Positions 11,157 through 20,659 of a stretch of 64,000 nt of DNA are shown here, in pieces. The first letter of the stretch is position 1; every line of letters begins with the position of its first letter. Location: the NCBI GenBank assembly GCA_963754875.1, contig CAVWHO010000008.1, positions 192,001-256,000 of the forward strand, written 5' to 3'. The position numbers and the translations under genes are program-made. The notes beneath the pieces were generated by a model that saw only the letters and a program-made list of their open reading frames with translations, searched no databases and was not told the DNA's origin. Source of the stretch: Nitrospirota bacterium (GTDB lineage Bacteria > Nitrospirota > UBA9217).

Positions 11157-11243
11157 CGTAGGTTGGGCAAAAAGGCTCACCTTGCCCAACAGATTCTCAG
11201 TCAAAACGTTGGGCTTTACGAAGAGCGTTCAGCCCAACCTACG
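11157..11243. repeat. REP doublet (REPIN-like), GTAG family
   Basis: cGTAGgttgggc..gcccaac ... gttgggc..gcccaacCTACg; two inverted hairpins. Confidence 0.8.
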
Positions 11244-11310
11244 GAACTAACCGGCGCGCCAAAGGAGGCGAAGCCGACTGAAGCGCGTCCGGTTGAGCCG
11301 CGTTTTAGGC
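11244..11310 (-). other. Integron attC site of the cupin cassette, right end overlapped by REP
   Basis: Minus strand gcctaaa-acgcg-gctCaaccggAcgcgc...gcgcgccggttag with the two canonical extrahelical positions. Confidence 0.72.
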
Positions 11311-11338
11311 CCGACCGTGTTAGATGTCGGGTCTGAGC

Positions 11339-11683
11339 TTACTCTTGCCTGACTATATCGACCGAGATCTCCACCGCCGGAATCGTTCCTCTGTTCTCAA
11401 GCCAGTGTGTGGTGTTCCTATCCTCGGGCCAGCCCACTCCCGGCCCATAGCCCGTAGCGACTCCATTTCGATGGTCAGTGATCGTTCCTTGCAGTATGTA
11501 GACGGTGCCTGGTCTGTCTTTATGGTCGTGAATCGGGCCGAAGACGCCTCCAGGCTCGATGGTCACCATACGCATTCGAAGTTGGCGCCCTGCCATGCCC
11601 TCGATCTCAGGGCCAAGATCAACCGTTGCAAGTAACTTCACCGTAACACCTTTCGTCTCGGGTGCCACCTGTTCGTTGTTCAT
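11339..11683 (-). CDS. Cupin domain protein in a gene-cassette context
   Basis: HDHKDRPG..YILQG..HWLEN; preceded by GTTAGGC core site (11710-11716) and followed by attC. Confidence 0.85.
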   Translation of the reverse strand: MNNEQVAPETKGVTVKLLATVDLGPEIEGMAGRQLRMRMVTIEPGGVFGPIHDHKDRPGTVYILQGTITDHRNGVATGYGPGVGWPEDRNTTHWLENRGTIPAVEISVDIVRQE

Positions 11684-11709
11684 CGTGCTCTCCTCTCTGT
11701 ACTTCCAGG

Positions 11710-11748
11710 GCCTAACGACGCGGGTTACGCGCCGCCTTTTGGCGGACG
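11710..11748 (-). other. Right half of an attC site with GTTAGGC core
   Basis: Minus strand gcgtccgccaaaaggcggcgcgtaacccgcgtcGTTAGGC; left arm missing. Confidence 0.55.
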
Positions 11749-11811
11749 CAAGGACCGGCAGGTTGGAATTGACTGAATGAAACCGCAGCACAGGGACCCT
11801 CATGAAAGAAA

Positions 11812-12141
11812 TTAGGGTGTAAACATCTCCTGCAAAATTGTCAGAACATTTGAGAGTGTAGAAGAAGGGATTTTGCCGAGTTTCTTAACCATACGCTCAC
11901 GATCGACTGTCCGTATCTGGTCCAGAACGATATGGCCTGCTCGACCTTGAAACCGGCATGAGATTCGAAAGGGATATTGATGACTTCCCGTGGTAAGAGG
12001 TGCGACGATGAATGTGTGCAAGTATGCGTTGAGTTCATCCGGAGAAATCACGACGCATGGTCGTGTTTTTCGTATTTCTTCTCCACGGGTTGGGGCCAAG
12101 GAGATCAGAAATACATCGCCACGGCGCACCGTATCAGGCAT
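11812..12141 (-). CDS. MazF/PemK family toxin
   Basis: RRGDVFLISLAPTRGEEIRKTRPCVVISPD; DQIRTVDRER; TAATG coupling to antitoxin. Confidence 0.92.
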   Translation of the reverse strand: MPDTVRRGDVFLISLAPTRGEEIRKTRPCVVISPDELNAYLHTFIVAPLTTGSHQYPFRISCRFQGRAGHIVLDQIRTVDRERMVKKLGKIPSSTLSNVLTILQEMFTP

Positions 12142-12389
12142 TACCACTTCCAATCCTTTTCGTCAAAACGGGTAGGATTTGACGGCATAAGCAAGGCATC
12201 CTCAGCTCGATCATGCATTGTTTTGGCTGCTTTAGCCCAGCCTTCACGAGGCGAATGTACGTTCTCTATTACTATCGCGCCATCTCTTACGCGAAGTTCG
12301 ACTTCATCGGCTAGTCCTGCCTGCGCGATAAGGGGTTTTGGTAGCCTTATGCCTCGTGAATTACCAACCTGAATCAAATGGGTTTTCAT
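12141..12389 (-). CDS. AbrB/MazE family antitoxin
   Basis: MKTHLIQVGNSRGIRLPK motif. Confidence 0.92.
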   Translation of the reverse strand: MKTHLIQVGNSRGIRLPKPLIAQAGLADEVELRVRDGAIVIENVHSPREGWAKAAKTMHDRAEDALLMPSNPTRFDEKDWKW

Positions 12390-12420
12390 AACATCGACCA
12401 TCCTTTCACTGTGTGCTTAC

Positions 12421-12449
12421 ATTGTAATCCCATTCTGCCAGGTTGTCAA
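12421..12449 (-). promoter_or_regulatory. Sigma70 promoter of the mazEF-like operon
   Basis: TTGACA-17-TACAAT. Confidence 0.75.
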
Positions 12450-12552
12450 TTGGTTAATGCCGTGTGTGGGACGCACGGTTTTCGCGACCCTCTCCCGGGG
12501 TTATTGGAATTATCGGTTGGGTTTCGCAGTTAAAGATTCGATACAAGGTCAT

Positions 12553-13602
12553 TTGGGGTCAAATCTTTCATGTTGACAAATTTCCCTCTAATCGGCTCAG
12601 CAGCGCCCGCACCTTTCTATCTTTATTCACCTTCTCATATAATCGTTTTCTCTCCTGGCTGACCGTAGCATAATCGACCTCAAATATCAATCCAATTTGA
12701 GGACCTTTTAATCCGCCTGCGCGGTACAGTAATTCCATAACTATACGACGCAGATCACCCTTTTCGGTCTTGATCGCTGCGATATCCTTCCCTGTTTCTT
12801 TTTGAATTGCTTTAAAAACCTCTTCTTTTGATCGATGCCGATGTATCTCTCCCACTGCTGGTCTCTCTCGGTCCTTCGCTGTATCAAGATATTTGTCTTT
12901 TATCCAGCCAATAAAGGCTTCTCCTCCGAGGATGCTGCGACCAATCATGCTTTCTTTAAGATCAGACTCCTGTGCAATCTCTGCAAAGATCCGCTTCTTA
13001 TATTCCTTTCGTCCGCGATATGTATCACTACCGTATTCTCCTAGCACCATGGAGTAATCAATGTACCATTCTTTCTTTCTCTGACTCAAAAACCCCGGCA
13101 GGCTGCTCCACCGATAACGAATAAGATATTTGATTCCCTCCGGTTCCGAAAGTTTTTTCATGGCTTTTATTTTAACCGGATTCAAGTGAATGTAGCGTGA
13201 GAGAATGGAAAGATATTCGTTTTTGTCAACGAGAACGCTCTTGTACCTGCCTTGGTACAGGTGTCCTACGCGGTCGTGGCGTCGATTGTAATAACCAGTA
13301 TAGGTTATGCTAAACTTGCGCATGAATTCGGAAAGGTTGGCTTTTGGGGTTTCGAGAAGCAGATGGAAATGGTTGGACATGAAAACGTAACTGTAAAGTT
13401 TGATCGAGTAGATATTTTTCGACTGAATAAGTATCTGGAGAAACTGTTTCCGGTCTTCATCATCTTGAAAAATATCCTGACGTTCATTTCCACGGGAGGT
13501 AACATGGTACACAGCATTGGGGTACTGTATGCGGAGGGGGCGTGCCATGACCGCTCATGGCAGAAATAGGTCACATTGTTAACATGAAAGATTTGACCCC
13601 AA
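12553..13602 (-). mobile_element. RAYT element bounded by 27-bp inverted repeats
   Basis: ttggggtcaaatctttcatgttgacaa (12553-12579) vs ttgttaacatgaaagatttgaccccaa (13576-13602), one mismatch. Confidence 0.8.
12568..13548 (-). CDS. REP-associated tyrosine (HUH/Y1) transposase with C-terminal HTH
   Basis: MARPLR, YHVTSRGN, MSNHFHLL (HUH), QGRYKS, YIHLNPV, YRWSS. Confidence 0.92.
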   Translation of the reverse strand: MARPLRIQYPNAVYHVTSRGNERQDIFQDDEDRKQFLQILIQSKNIYSIKLYSYVFMSNHFHLLLETPKANLSEFMRKFSITYTGYYNRRHDRVGHLYQGRYKSVLVDKNEYLSILSRYIHLNPVKIKAMKKLSEPEGIKYLIRYRWSSLPGFLSQRKKEWYIDYSMVLGEYGSDTYRGRKEYKKRIFAEIAQESDLKESMIGRSILGGEAFIGWIKDKYLDTAKDRERPAVGEIHRHRSKEEVFKAIQKETGKDIAAIKTEKGDLRRIVMELLYRAGGLKGPQIGLIFEVDYATVSQERKRLYEKVNKDRKVRALLSRLEGNLST

Positions 13603-13691
13603 TGATCACTTTCTTCGGTTTGTATTTCATATGTTTAGCCCTTTTTCCTTTGCCCCCATCGTTACGTCGACATGAGGTTCTACTAAGGGTT

Positions 13692-14651
13692 CTAAAGTTT
13701 TTTAGGTTGCTCCAATTTCTTCATGAATGATTCAATGAGCTCATTTATATAATCCGAACTATATACAATAGTTAGCCCTGCATTACTCCAGCCATTTGAC
13801 ACAATGCCTATGATATCACTCTTCGCATTCACTACTTCTAAAGAGCGTCCCATTTCATCTGCTCCAAATTTTGTACCTCTTGGAAGAACTACAGGGCCAC
13901 CACTATTGCCTGGTACAATTAATCCATCAACTAAAAATAATTTTCCGCGAATCGTCACAGATCCAGTCTTTCCATCGCATTTCTTCCATTGTGAACTGAA
14001 AGACAGTTCTTCACCCGGAGTAGCTGCAAGATAACCTGCCTTTACAATAGGCCTGTTTGTCAAAAGCGATGTTATTCCCTGAGGGTAACCAATCGCAAAT
14101 ACAAGACTCCCGATATCTGTGGCTCCGTCACGTGTACTGCCGAAGGGCTTAAGGAATTCACGGCTTAGGCATGTCAGCCTAAGTAATCCTCTATATTTGG
14201 TACCTAAGTCGATTTTGATAACTGCTACGTCAACCACAGGGTCAGGATGTAGAGCGATTTTTGAAGTATCGATTGTGCCATCCGATTTTTTCAGAGAAAT
14301 TCTTACAACGGTTGTCACTTCGGAGGAAATTGGTTTATCTAAATAAAGACGAATGTCGATCCAGTCATCCAATACAGTTTGACCATCAGCGGGAGTCCAG
14401 CAGCCCAGCATGTGTTTGTTCGTGACAAGAAACAATTCAACATGTTTTTTGTCTTTCGTAATAGCGCCGGCCAAGAATCCAGTGCCGGTATGATTAGAAG
14501 AATTAATTATCTGAATTGTGGAAATTATGATGCTGTCATTTATTACGCCTCCATTAGCGACTATCGTCGAAGTTAAATAGATAACTTCCAACAAAAGCAG
14601 AAAGATCTTAAAGCAATTTCTCAGTGATGGATTCATTGCATTAGGGGGCAT
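13692..14651 (-). CDS. Trypsin-like serine protease, AT-rich
   Basis: GTGF, LVTNKH (His), DVAVI (Asp), PGNSGGPV (Ser); N-terminal hydrophobic segment. Confidence 0.85.
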   Translation of the reverse strand: MPPNAMNPSLRNCFKIFLLLLEVIYLTSTIVANGGVINDSIIISTIQIINSSNHTGTGFLAGAITKDKKHVELFLVTNKHMLGCWTPADGQTVLDDWIDIRLYLDKPISSEVTTVVRISLKKSDGTIDTSKIALHPDPVVDVAVIKIDLGTKYRGLLRLTCLSREFLKPFGSTRDGATDIGSLVFAIGYPQGITSLLTNRPIVKAGYLAATPGEELSFSSQWKKCDGKTGSVTIRGKLFLVDGLIVPGNSGGPVVLPRGTKFGADEMGRSLEVVNAKSDIIGIVSNGWSNAGLTIVYSSDYINELIESFMKKLEQPKKL

Positions 14652-14881
14652 TTGGGGTCAAATTTTTTTATGTTGACAAAATCCCTTCTAATCGACCCAG
14701 CAGCGCCCGCACCTTTCTATCTTTATTCACCTTCTCATATAATCGTTTTCTCTCCTGGCTGACCGTAGCATAATCGACCTCAAATATCAATCCAATTTGA
14801 GGACCTTTTAGTCCGCCTGCGCGGTACAGTAATTCCATGACTATACGACGTAAATTACCCTTTTCGGTCTTGATCGCTGCG
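14652..14881 (-). mobile_element. Second, partial copy of the RAYT 3' end including the terminal repeat
   Basis: Near-identical direct repeat of 12553-12781. Confidence 0.88.
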
Positions 14882-15032
14882 GGAACTTAGGTGACGTTGA
14901 TACTCAGCATACATTATTGGACCACATCTCATTTCATTACTACTATCGTTGCGATACCTTTGATAAAGAATATGCCGAAACTCACATGTCTATGTTTCAG
15001 CGTTAACAAAAAAACACGGCTGCCAACTTCGG

Positions 15033-15670
<638 letters not shown>

Positions 15671-15795
15671 TTAAATCCATAGTTCGTTCTGGTTATTGCG
15701 TTCGTACCTAATACCTAATATACGACCTGTTGTCTCTATTATAGAATTTTCAAGGTTTTATTCAAGAATATTTCACGTAGGGGAAAGAAAATTGC

Positions 15796-16562
15796 CTACT
15801 CCCCCTTTTCTTCCAGCTGATAATCCTTGATCTTGGTGAGGAGCGTCTTGTAGCTCACCTGAAGAATTTCCGAGGCACGGGACTTGTTCCCTCCCGTCTG
15901 TTTCAAAACCTGTCTGATTCGCCGGGATTCGGCAATGCGCGTGGCGGCAGCTGCGACCTCCTGAAGCGGGCCGTCCATGGGCACATGTTCCGCAAGCGCG
16001 TCGATGATGCTCGATTCGCTTATGCCGAGGTCCTGGCTGCGGATCACTCCGCCGTCGGCATAGATGACGGACCGTTCGATGATGTTTTCCAGTTCACGCA
16101 CATTCCCCTTCCACGGAGACTTCATCAGGATGTCCATGGCATCATCGGAGATCGTAAGCGGACCTTTTCGCACTTCGGCTGAATATTTATTCAGGAAATT
16201 CTGCGCGAGCGCGGGAATATCGTCCCTTCTTTCCCGCAGCGGCGGGATCGTAATCGGGAACACGTTCAAGCGATAAAACAGGTCTTCACGAAACAACTTG
16301 GCGCCGACTGCTTTTTCGATGTCCTTGTTCGTTGCCGCCACGACCCGGACGTCGATCTTGATCGGTTTCCCCCCGCCGACCCGCTCGATCACCTGCTCCT
16401 GCAGCACACGGAGGAGCTTGGCCTGGAGCGCGAGGTCCATATCCCCGATCTCATCGAGGAACACAGTCCCCTTGTCCGCAAGCTCCAGCTTGCCCAGTTT
16501 TCGCGCTTCCGCCCCGGTGAATGCGCCCCGTTCGTAGCCGAACAATTCGCTTTCCAGCAGTT
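15796..16562 (-). pseudogene. 5'-truncated sigma-54 enhancer-binding protein (AAA+ C-terminal part and Fis HTH)
   Basis: [29 protein letters not shown]; Walker A and sensory domain absent, replaced by a REP doublet. Confidence 0.85.
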
Positions 16563-16633
16563 GGTAGGTTGGGTTAAGCGGAGCGCAACCCAACGTCCTT
16601 TGTCGGGTTTCACTTCGTTCTACCCAACCTACC
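16563..16633. repeat. REP doublet (REPIN-like), GTAG family
   Basis: gGTAGgttgggtt..aacccaac ... gtcgggt..acccaacCTACc. Confidence 0.8.
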
Positions 16634-16666
16634 TGGCTTTTTACACAATCAATGCATTCTGCTTTC

Positions 16667-16690
16667 GTAGCCGCAGGCTTTAGCCTGTGC
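16667..16690. repeat. Single GTAG-type REP
   Basis: GTAGccgcaggctttagcctgtg. Confidence 0.55.
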
Positions 16691-16710
16691 AGATTTTTTT
16701 CAACAACCTC

Positions 16711-17775
16711 CTAAGCCTTCGCCCGTAAATACTGATTCGGCCAGGCAAGGTCGACCTTCAGGGCCTTTGCCGCCAGCATGGGCCAGTAGGGATTGCGAAG
16801 CATTTCGCGCGCAAGGACCACCGCATCGGCAAGACCCGTGGCAACGATATGCTCTGCCTGTGCGGGATCGGTGATGAGGCCGACCGCGCCGGTCGGAATA
16901 CCCACCTCCTTTTTGATTGCCGTGGCAAAAGGCGTCTGGTAACCGGGCCCCATGGGGATGACGGCGTTGTACACTGAGCCGCCTGATGAACAATCGATGA
17001 GATCGATACCGATGTCCTTCAGCCTTCGGCACAGTTCTACTGACTGCGCCAGGTCCCAGCCTCCTTCCACCCAATCAGTCGCAGATATGCGCACGAAGAC
17101 CGGCAATTCCTTGGGCCAGATATTCCGCACTGCGCGGGCAACGTTTAAGGGGAACCGCATGCGGTTTTCCAGACTGCCTCCATTCTCATCCTTCCTGTGG
17201 TTACTCAGCGGCGACAGAAACTCGTGCAGCAAATATCCATGTGCCATATGGATCTCTATGACCTGAAAGCCTGCAGCCTTTGCCCGTTTTGCGGCGTCCA
17301 CAAACTGAGTGCGGATTGTGCCCAGATCAGCTGACGTAGCCTCACGAGGCACGGGATGTTCGGATGTAAAAGGCAGCGGACTGGGAGCGATGGGTTGCCA
17401 TCCGCGATTCTCCGGTCCCAGCGGGCCTCCTCCCAGCCAGGGCCGGCTTGTGGAAGCTTTGCGGCCTGCATGGGCAAGCTGGATCCCGGCAACAGCGCCC
17501 TGCTCGCGGATGAACTGCGCGATGGGCGTAAACGCCTCTGCATGAGCGTCGCTCCAGATGCCGCTGTCATCAGGGCTGATCCGGCCCTGGGGGCTGACTG
17601 CCGTGGCCTCGACCATGACCAGTCCCGCACCGCCTACAGCGCGGCTTCCCAAATGGACCAGGTGCCAGTCAGTCGGCAGACCGTCGATGCTCGAGTACTG
17701 GCACATGGGGGACACGAAGATACGGTTCCGGAAGGTCAGGTCGCGTAATTTTAAAGTAGAAAACAATTGGCTCAT
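16711..17775 (-). CDS. NADH:flavin oxidoreductase, old yellow enzyme (YqjM/NamA-like)
   Basis: SPMCQYS, QLAHAGRK, HMAHGYLLHEFLSP. Confidence 0.93.
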   Translation of the reverse strand: MSQLFSTLKLRDLTFRNRIFVSPMCQYSSIDGLPTDWHLVHLGSRAVGGAGLVMVEATAVSPQGRISPDDSGIWSDAHAEAFTPIAQFIREQGAVAGIQLAHAGRKASTSRPWLGGGPLGPENRGWQPIAPSPLPFTSEHPVPREATSADLGTIRTQFVDAAKRAKAAGFQVIEIHMAHGYLLHEFLSPLSNHRKDENGGSLENRMRFPLNVARAVRNIWPKELPVFVRISATDWVEGGWDLAQSVELCRRLKDIGIDLIDCSSGGSVYNAVIPMGPGYQTPFATAIKKEVGIPTGAVGLITDPAQAEHIVATGLADAVVLAREMLRNPYWPMLAAKALKVDLAWPNQYLRAKA

Positions 17776-18095
17776 CGTAAACTCCTTTTTCCCTTCACAT
17801 CATAGGATGCAAGTCGCGGGATTCACCCTTTCCCTTGAAGGTTTCAGACTTCATGAATTTCCAGAGATGACTCTTTTTTATTATAGCTCACTTGGGCAAG
17901 TGAAGGCATACATCAGAGGGATGTTATAGCTAAATATGTGCGATTGAATCGGTGCAAAAATGAGGGTACCGGCAGGAATGAATAGGAAAGAATAATACTT
18001 AAGAAAAATGTATAGCTGACCAGCCGGGCGTCCACGGAGTGAATCCGGCTAATCAGCTTAGTTGCATCTCACGAGCTGGACGCCTGCCGCATCGC

Positions 18096-18602
18096 TTATG
18101 CCTTATGCAGGACTTTGATCGCCTTCTTGTCGTCAGCCGTCTTGACCACCACGCTTGCCGTCTTGCCGGAAGTCGTTGTAGAGTAAAAATAGTAGATGTT
18201 GATGCCGGCATCCGCAATGATCCTGCATATTCTTTCCAGCGCGCCGACCTTGTTTTCCGTCTCAACCAGGATGACCGACGAATCCTGTATGTCGTCGGCG
18301 CCGATCTTGTCGAGGGCTTTTTCCGCTTTTGTGAGATCGTCCACGATCAGGGTAAAGGTCGCTTTATGGCGCGCACCGCTAGCCGAAGTGCCGGTCCCGG
18401 CGAGAATATTCACATTCGCAGCCGCGAGAGCAGCAGCGATCTTTGCCGTTAATCCGATACTATCCACGAAGGTCGCTGTAATTTCCTTTTCCGTCTTCGC
18501 GGTAAACCTGGGTCCTGTTGTTTTCCCGGCTAAAGAAACAGATTTTGCTGCCGGTTTTGCGGCTTTCTTTTTTGCAGTCGTTTTCTTCGCGGCTTTTGCC
18601 AT
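18096..18602 (-). CDS. Tandem ACT-domain protein with Lys/Ala-rich N-terminal tail
   Basis: Two ACT repeats (DSIGLTAKI..NI; NKVGAL..GINIYY). Confidence 0.75.
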   Translation of the reverse strand: MAKAAKKTTAKKKAAKPAAKSVSLAGKTTGPRFTAKTEKEITATFVDSIGLTAKIAAALAAANVNILAGTGTSASGARHKATFTLIVDDLTKAEKALDKIGADDIQDSSVILVETENKVGALERICRIIADAGINIYYFYSTTTSGKTASVVVKTADDKKAIKVLHKA

Positions 18603-18819
18603 GGGTTCGGATCTCCTTTCGGGTTTTCAGGTGCTTCCTGCGAAGAGAGTACTACAAATTTCATGGCATTGGCAAGAAAATTCTGAGGAAAGGATTTATA
18701 GAACGTTGATAGAATATGTCAGATACACATCGCAGGATGGGGTTAAAGAGAGCCCCGCTAGAGATTGCTCTCTAACGGGAATGTATTTTTTCTGTGAGGA
18801 AGATGTCCGATGTTCTGCT

Positions 18820-19425
18820 TTACATGGCCGCATGCAGGATCTTTTTCGGCGGTCTGGACATTTTTCTTTTTTCGTACCACTCCATCGTATAAAACATGGC
18901 GCCTGCAAGAATGAAGACCATTGCGAGCACAATCCAATGGTTCATGCCCAGAAATTCAGGCAGTGTCGGCTGTCCCATATCGGTCGTTTTATAGAACTTC
19001 TCAAGCCAGGGAAAGAGGACGGAGAAAAGCAAGGTCCCGCTGCCGATGCCGATCATAGTCACCAGCGCGTCGAGCCTGCCTGAAGCAAGGCCAGCCACAG
19101 CAGTACCGGGACAATATCCGCTCACGAGGTAGCCGAGCCCGAAGAGCGCGCCACCTACCAGTTGGGGCCAGAAGAACGTGGGAATGATCCAGACCTTGCT
19201 CATATCGAGAAACTTCAGGTCCGATAAGACACAGAGCCCTGTGGCTGCAACAAGGATAGCGGTAAACATGGCTTTCGGCACGGCAAAGTCGGTCAAATAG
19301 AATACTCCCGTAAGCTTGTGGGGGTTCCCCAAACCCCCGCGCTCAAGAAAGAGACCGAAGAACACGCCCAAGACCAGGGCCACGATAAGGTTGACGTTAT
19401 CGCTGAAAACAAAGGGTGCGCTCAT
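18820..19425 (-). CDS. YeeE/YedE sulfur-compound transporter half
   Basis: FGLFLERGG, GYCPGT. Confidence 0.85.
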   Translation of the reverse strand: MSAPFVFSDNVNLIVALVLGVFFGLFLERGGLGNPHKLTGVFYLTDFAVPKAMFTAILVAATGLCVLSDLKFLDMSKVWIIPTFFWPQLVGGALFGLGYLVSGYCPGTAVAGLASGRLDALVTMIGIGSGTLLFSVLFPWLEKFYKTTDMGQPTLPEFLGMNHWIVLAMVFILAGAMFYTMEWYEKRKMSRPPKKILHAAM

Positions 19426-19928
19426 GACCATAACCTCCTGAACAGAGCGGCGAACACAAAGCCGCTAACGAACATGGCGATGACAAAAACCCATCCGGAA
19501 AGCGCGAATTGGGCACCGCCGGTGAGTGCAACGCCGCTCGTGCATCCCCGGGCGAGCCTGCTGGCAAAGCCGAGCACCACACCGCCGCCGAATGCCGTAA
19601 GCGTCCGCATTCCAATCGTCATGCGCGCGGCCCTGTCGAACCGGAACTTGAAGCGCCTGCTCAAAAGCACGCCGATGAGCGCGCCGAGCAACAGTCCGCT
19701 CACCTCGACAACGGTCCAGTCTTTGAAAGGAGACAATTCAAGGTATTTCGACAGATAGGAGAGAGTCGCGGTGTAGGCCGGGAGCAGTGCTTTCATGGCG
19801 GCGCCTGGAACAACGGTGAATGCCCGTGATGCGCCGAGCCCCTGCCCTGCAAGGACAAAGGATGCCAGAAGGGTCAGCCCAAGACCCGCTCCGGCGAGAT
19901 AAGGAGACCAGAAACCGTTCTTCTTCAT
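19422..19928 (-). CDS. YeeE/YedE sulfur-compound transporter half
   Basis: WSPYLAG, RLARGCTSG; ATGA overlap with partner. Confidence 0.85.
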   Translation of the reverse strand: MKKNGFWSPYLAGAGLGLTLLASFVLAGQGLGASRAFTVVPGAAMKALLPAYTATLSYLSKYLELSPFKDWTVVEVSGLLLGALIGVLLSRRFKFRFDRAARMTIGMRTLTAFGGGVVLGFASRLARGCTSGVALTGGAQFALSGWVFVIAMFVSGFVFAALFRRLWS

Positions 19929-20566
19929 AATCACCTCCATGTTTTAACCAGGGAGATTAGCCTCCGCTGGCAGCAACCGTAAAGGAGATATGCGTGTAAA
20001 AAGCACCTCCATGAGGGGAAAGGGAGAATTAAAATGCAAAAGGGGGAAACAAAATGCATTCAAAAAAAGTCGTGTAATCTTCTTTTGACGTCATTCGCCG
20101 CTCCTTATAAAAATATGATGCGGGGCTCTGCCGGCTTGTCCCGCTTGCGGGGCTTGCCTGTGGCCAGTGCTTATGAGTGCGCTGCACGAATACAGGCTAT
20201 CCGGAATCGTTTCTTCCAGTAGGTTGTAAAGCACGACGATTCCCGACTCCGTCCCGCGTCCTCGTGACATCGGAAACGGAGCGGGGCATGCGGCAATGAC
20301 GACTTTTTACGACTTCATCAAACAAGCTATTCAGTCTTTTCCCTTTTCCCCATTTCCCCGCCTTTTTTCTCCATTTCTCCTATCAAGGTTTTTGGACGTA
20401 TGAGAACAAAAGTATTACAAATAACCAAGGATCTGACGAATATTCAATTCTCCAGTTCAATAATTTCCAATCCCTGCAACTATTGGTATAATTATTATCC
20501 CGGTTCTGTCCGTTGTCAAGAGAAGAACCGAAAGCAGGCCGCAATATAACGAGGTTTGATTGCAAT

Positions 20567-20612
20567 AAAAAAGCACCCCGCCGCGGGCAACAGGCCGTGC
20601 GACGGGGTGCTT
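20567..20612 (-). terminator. Intrinsic terminator of htpG
   Basis: aagcaccccg/cggggtgctt stem followed by T-run on minus strand. Confidence 0.75.
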
Positions 20613-20659
20613 ATGCTATTTTGTATTTGCAGATTGGCGAACCTGCAAATGCTCAGGCC

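Noticed and set aside
12568..13548. IS200/IS605 element with TnpB
   Set aside because: No tnpB nearby; length and motifs fit a RAYT
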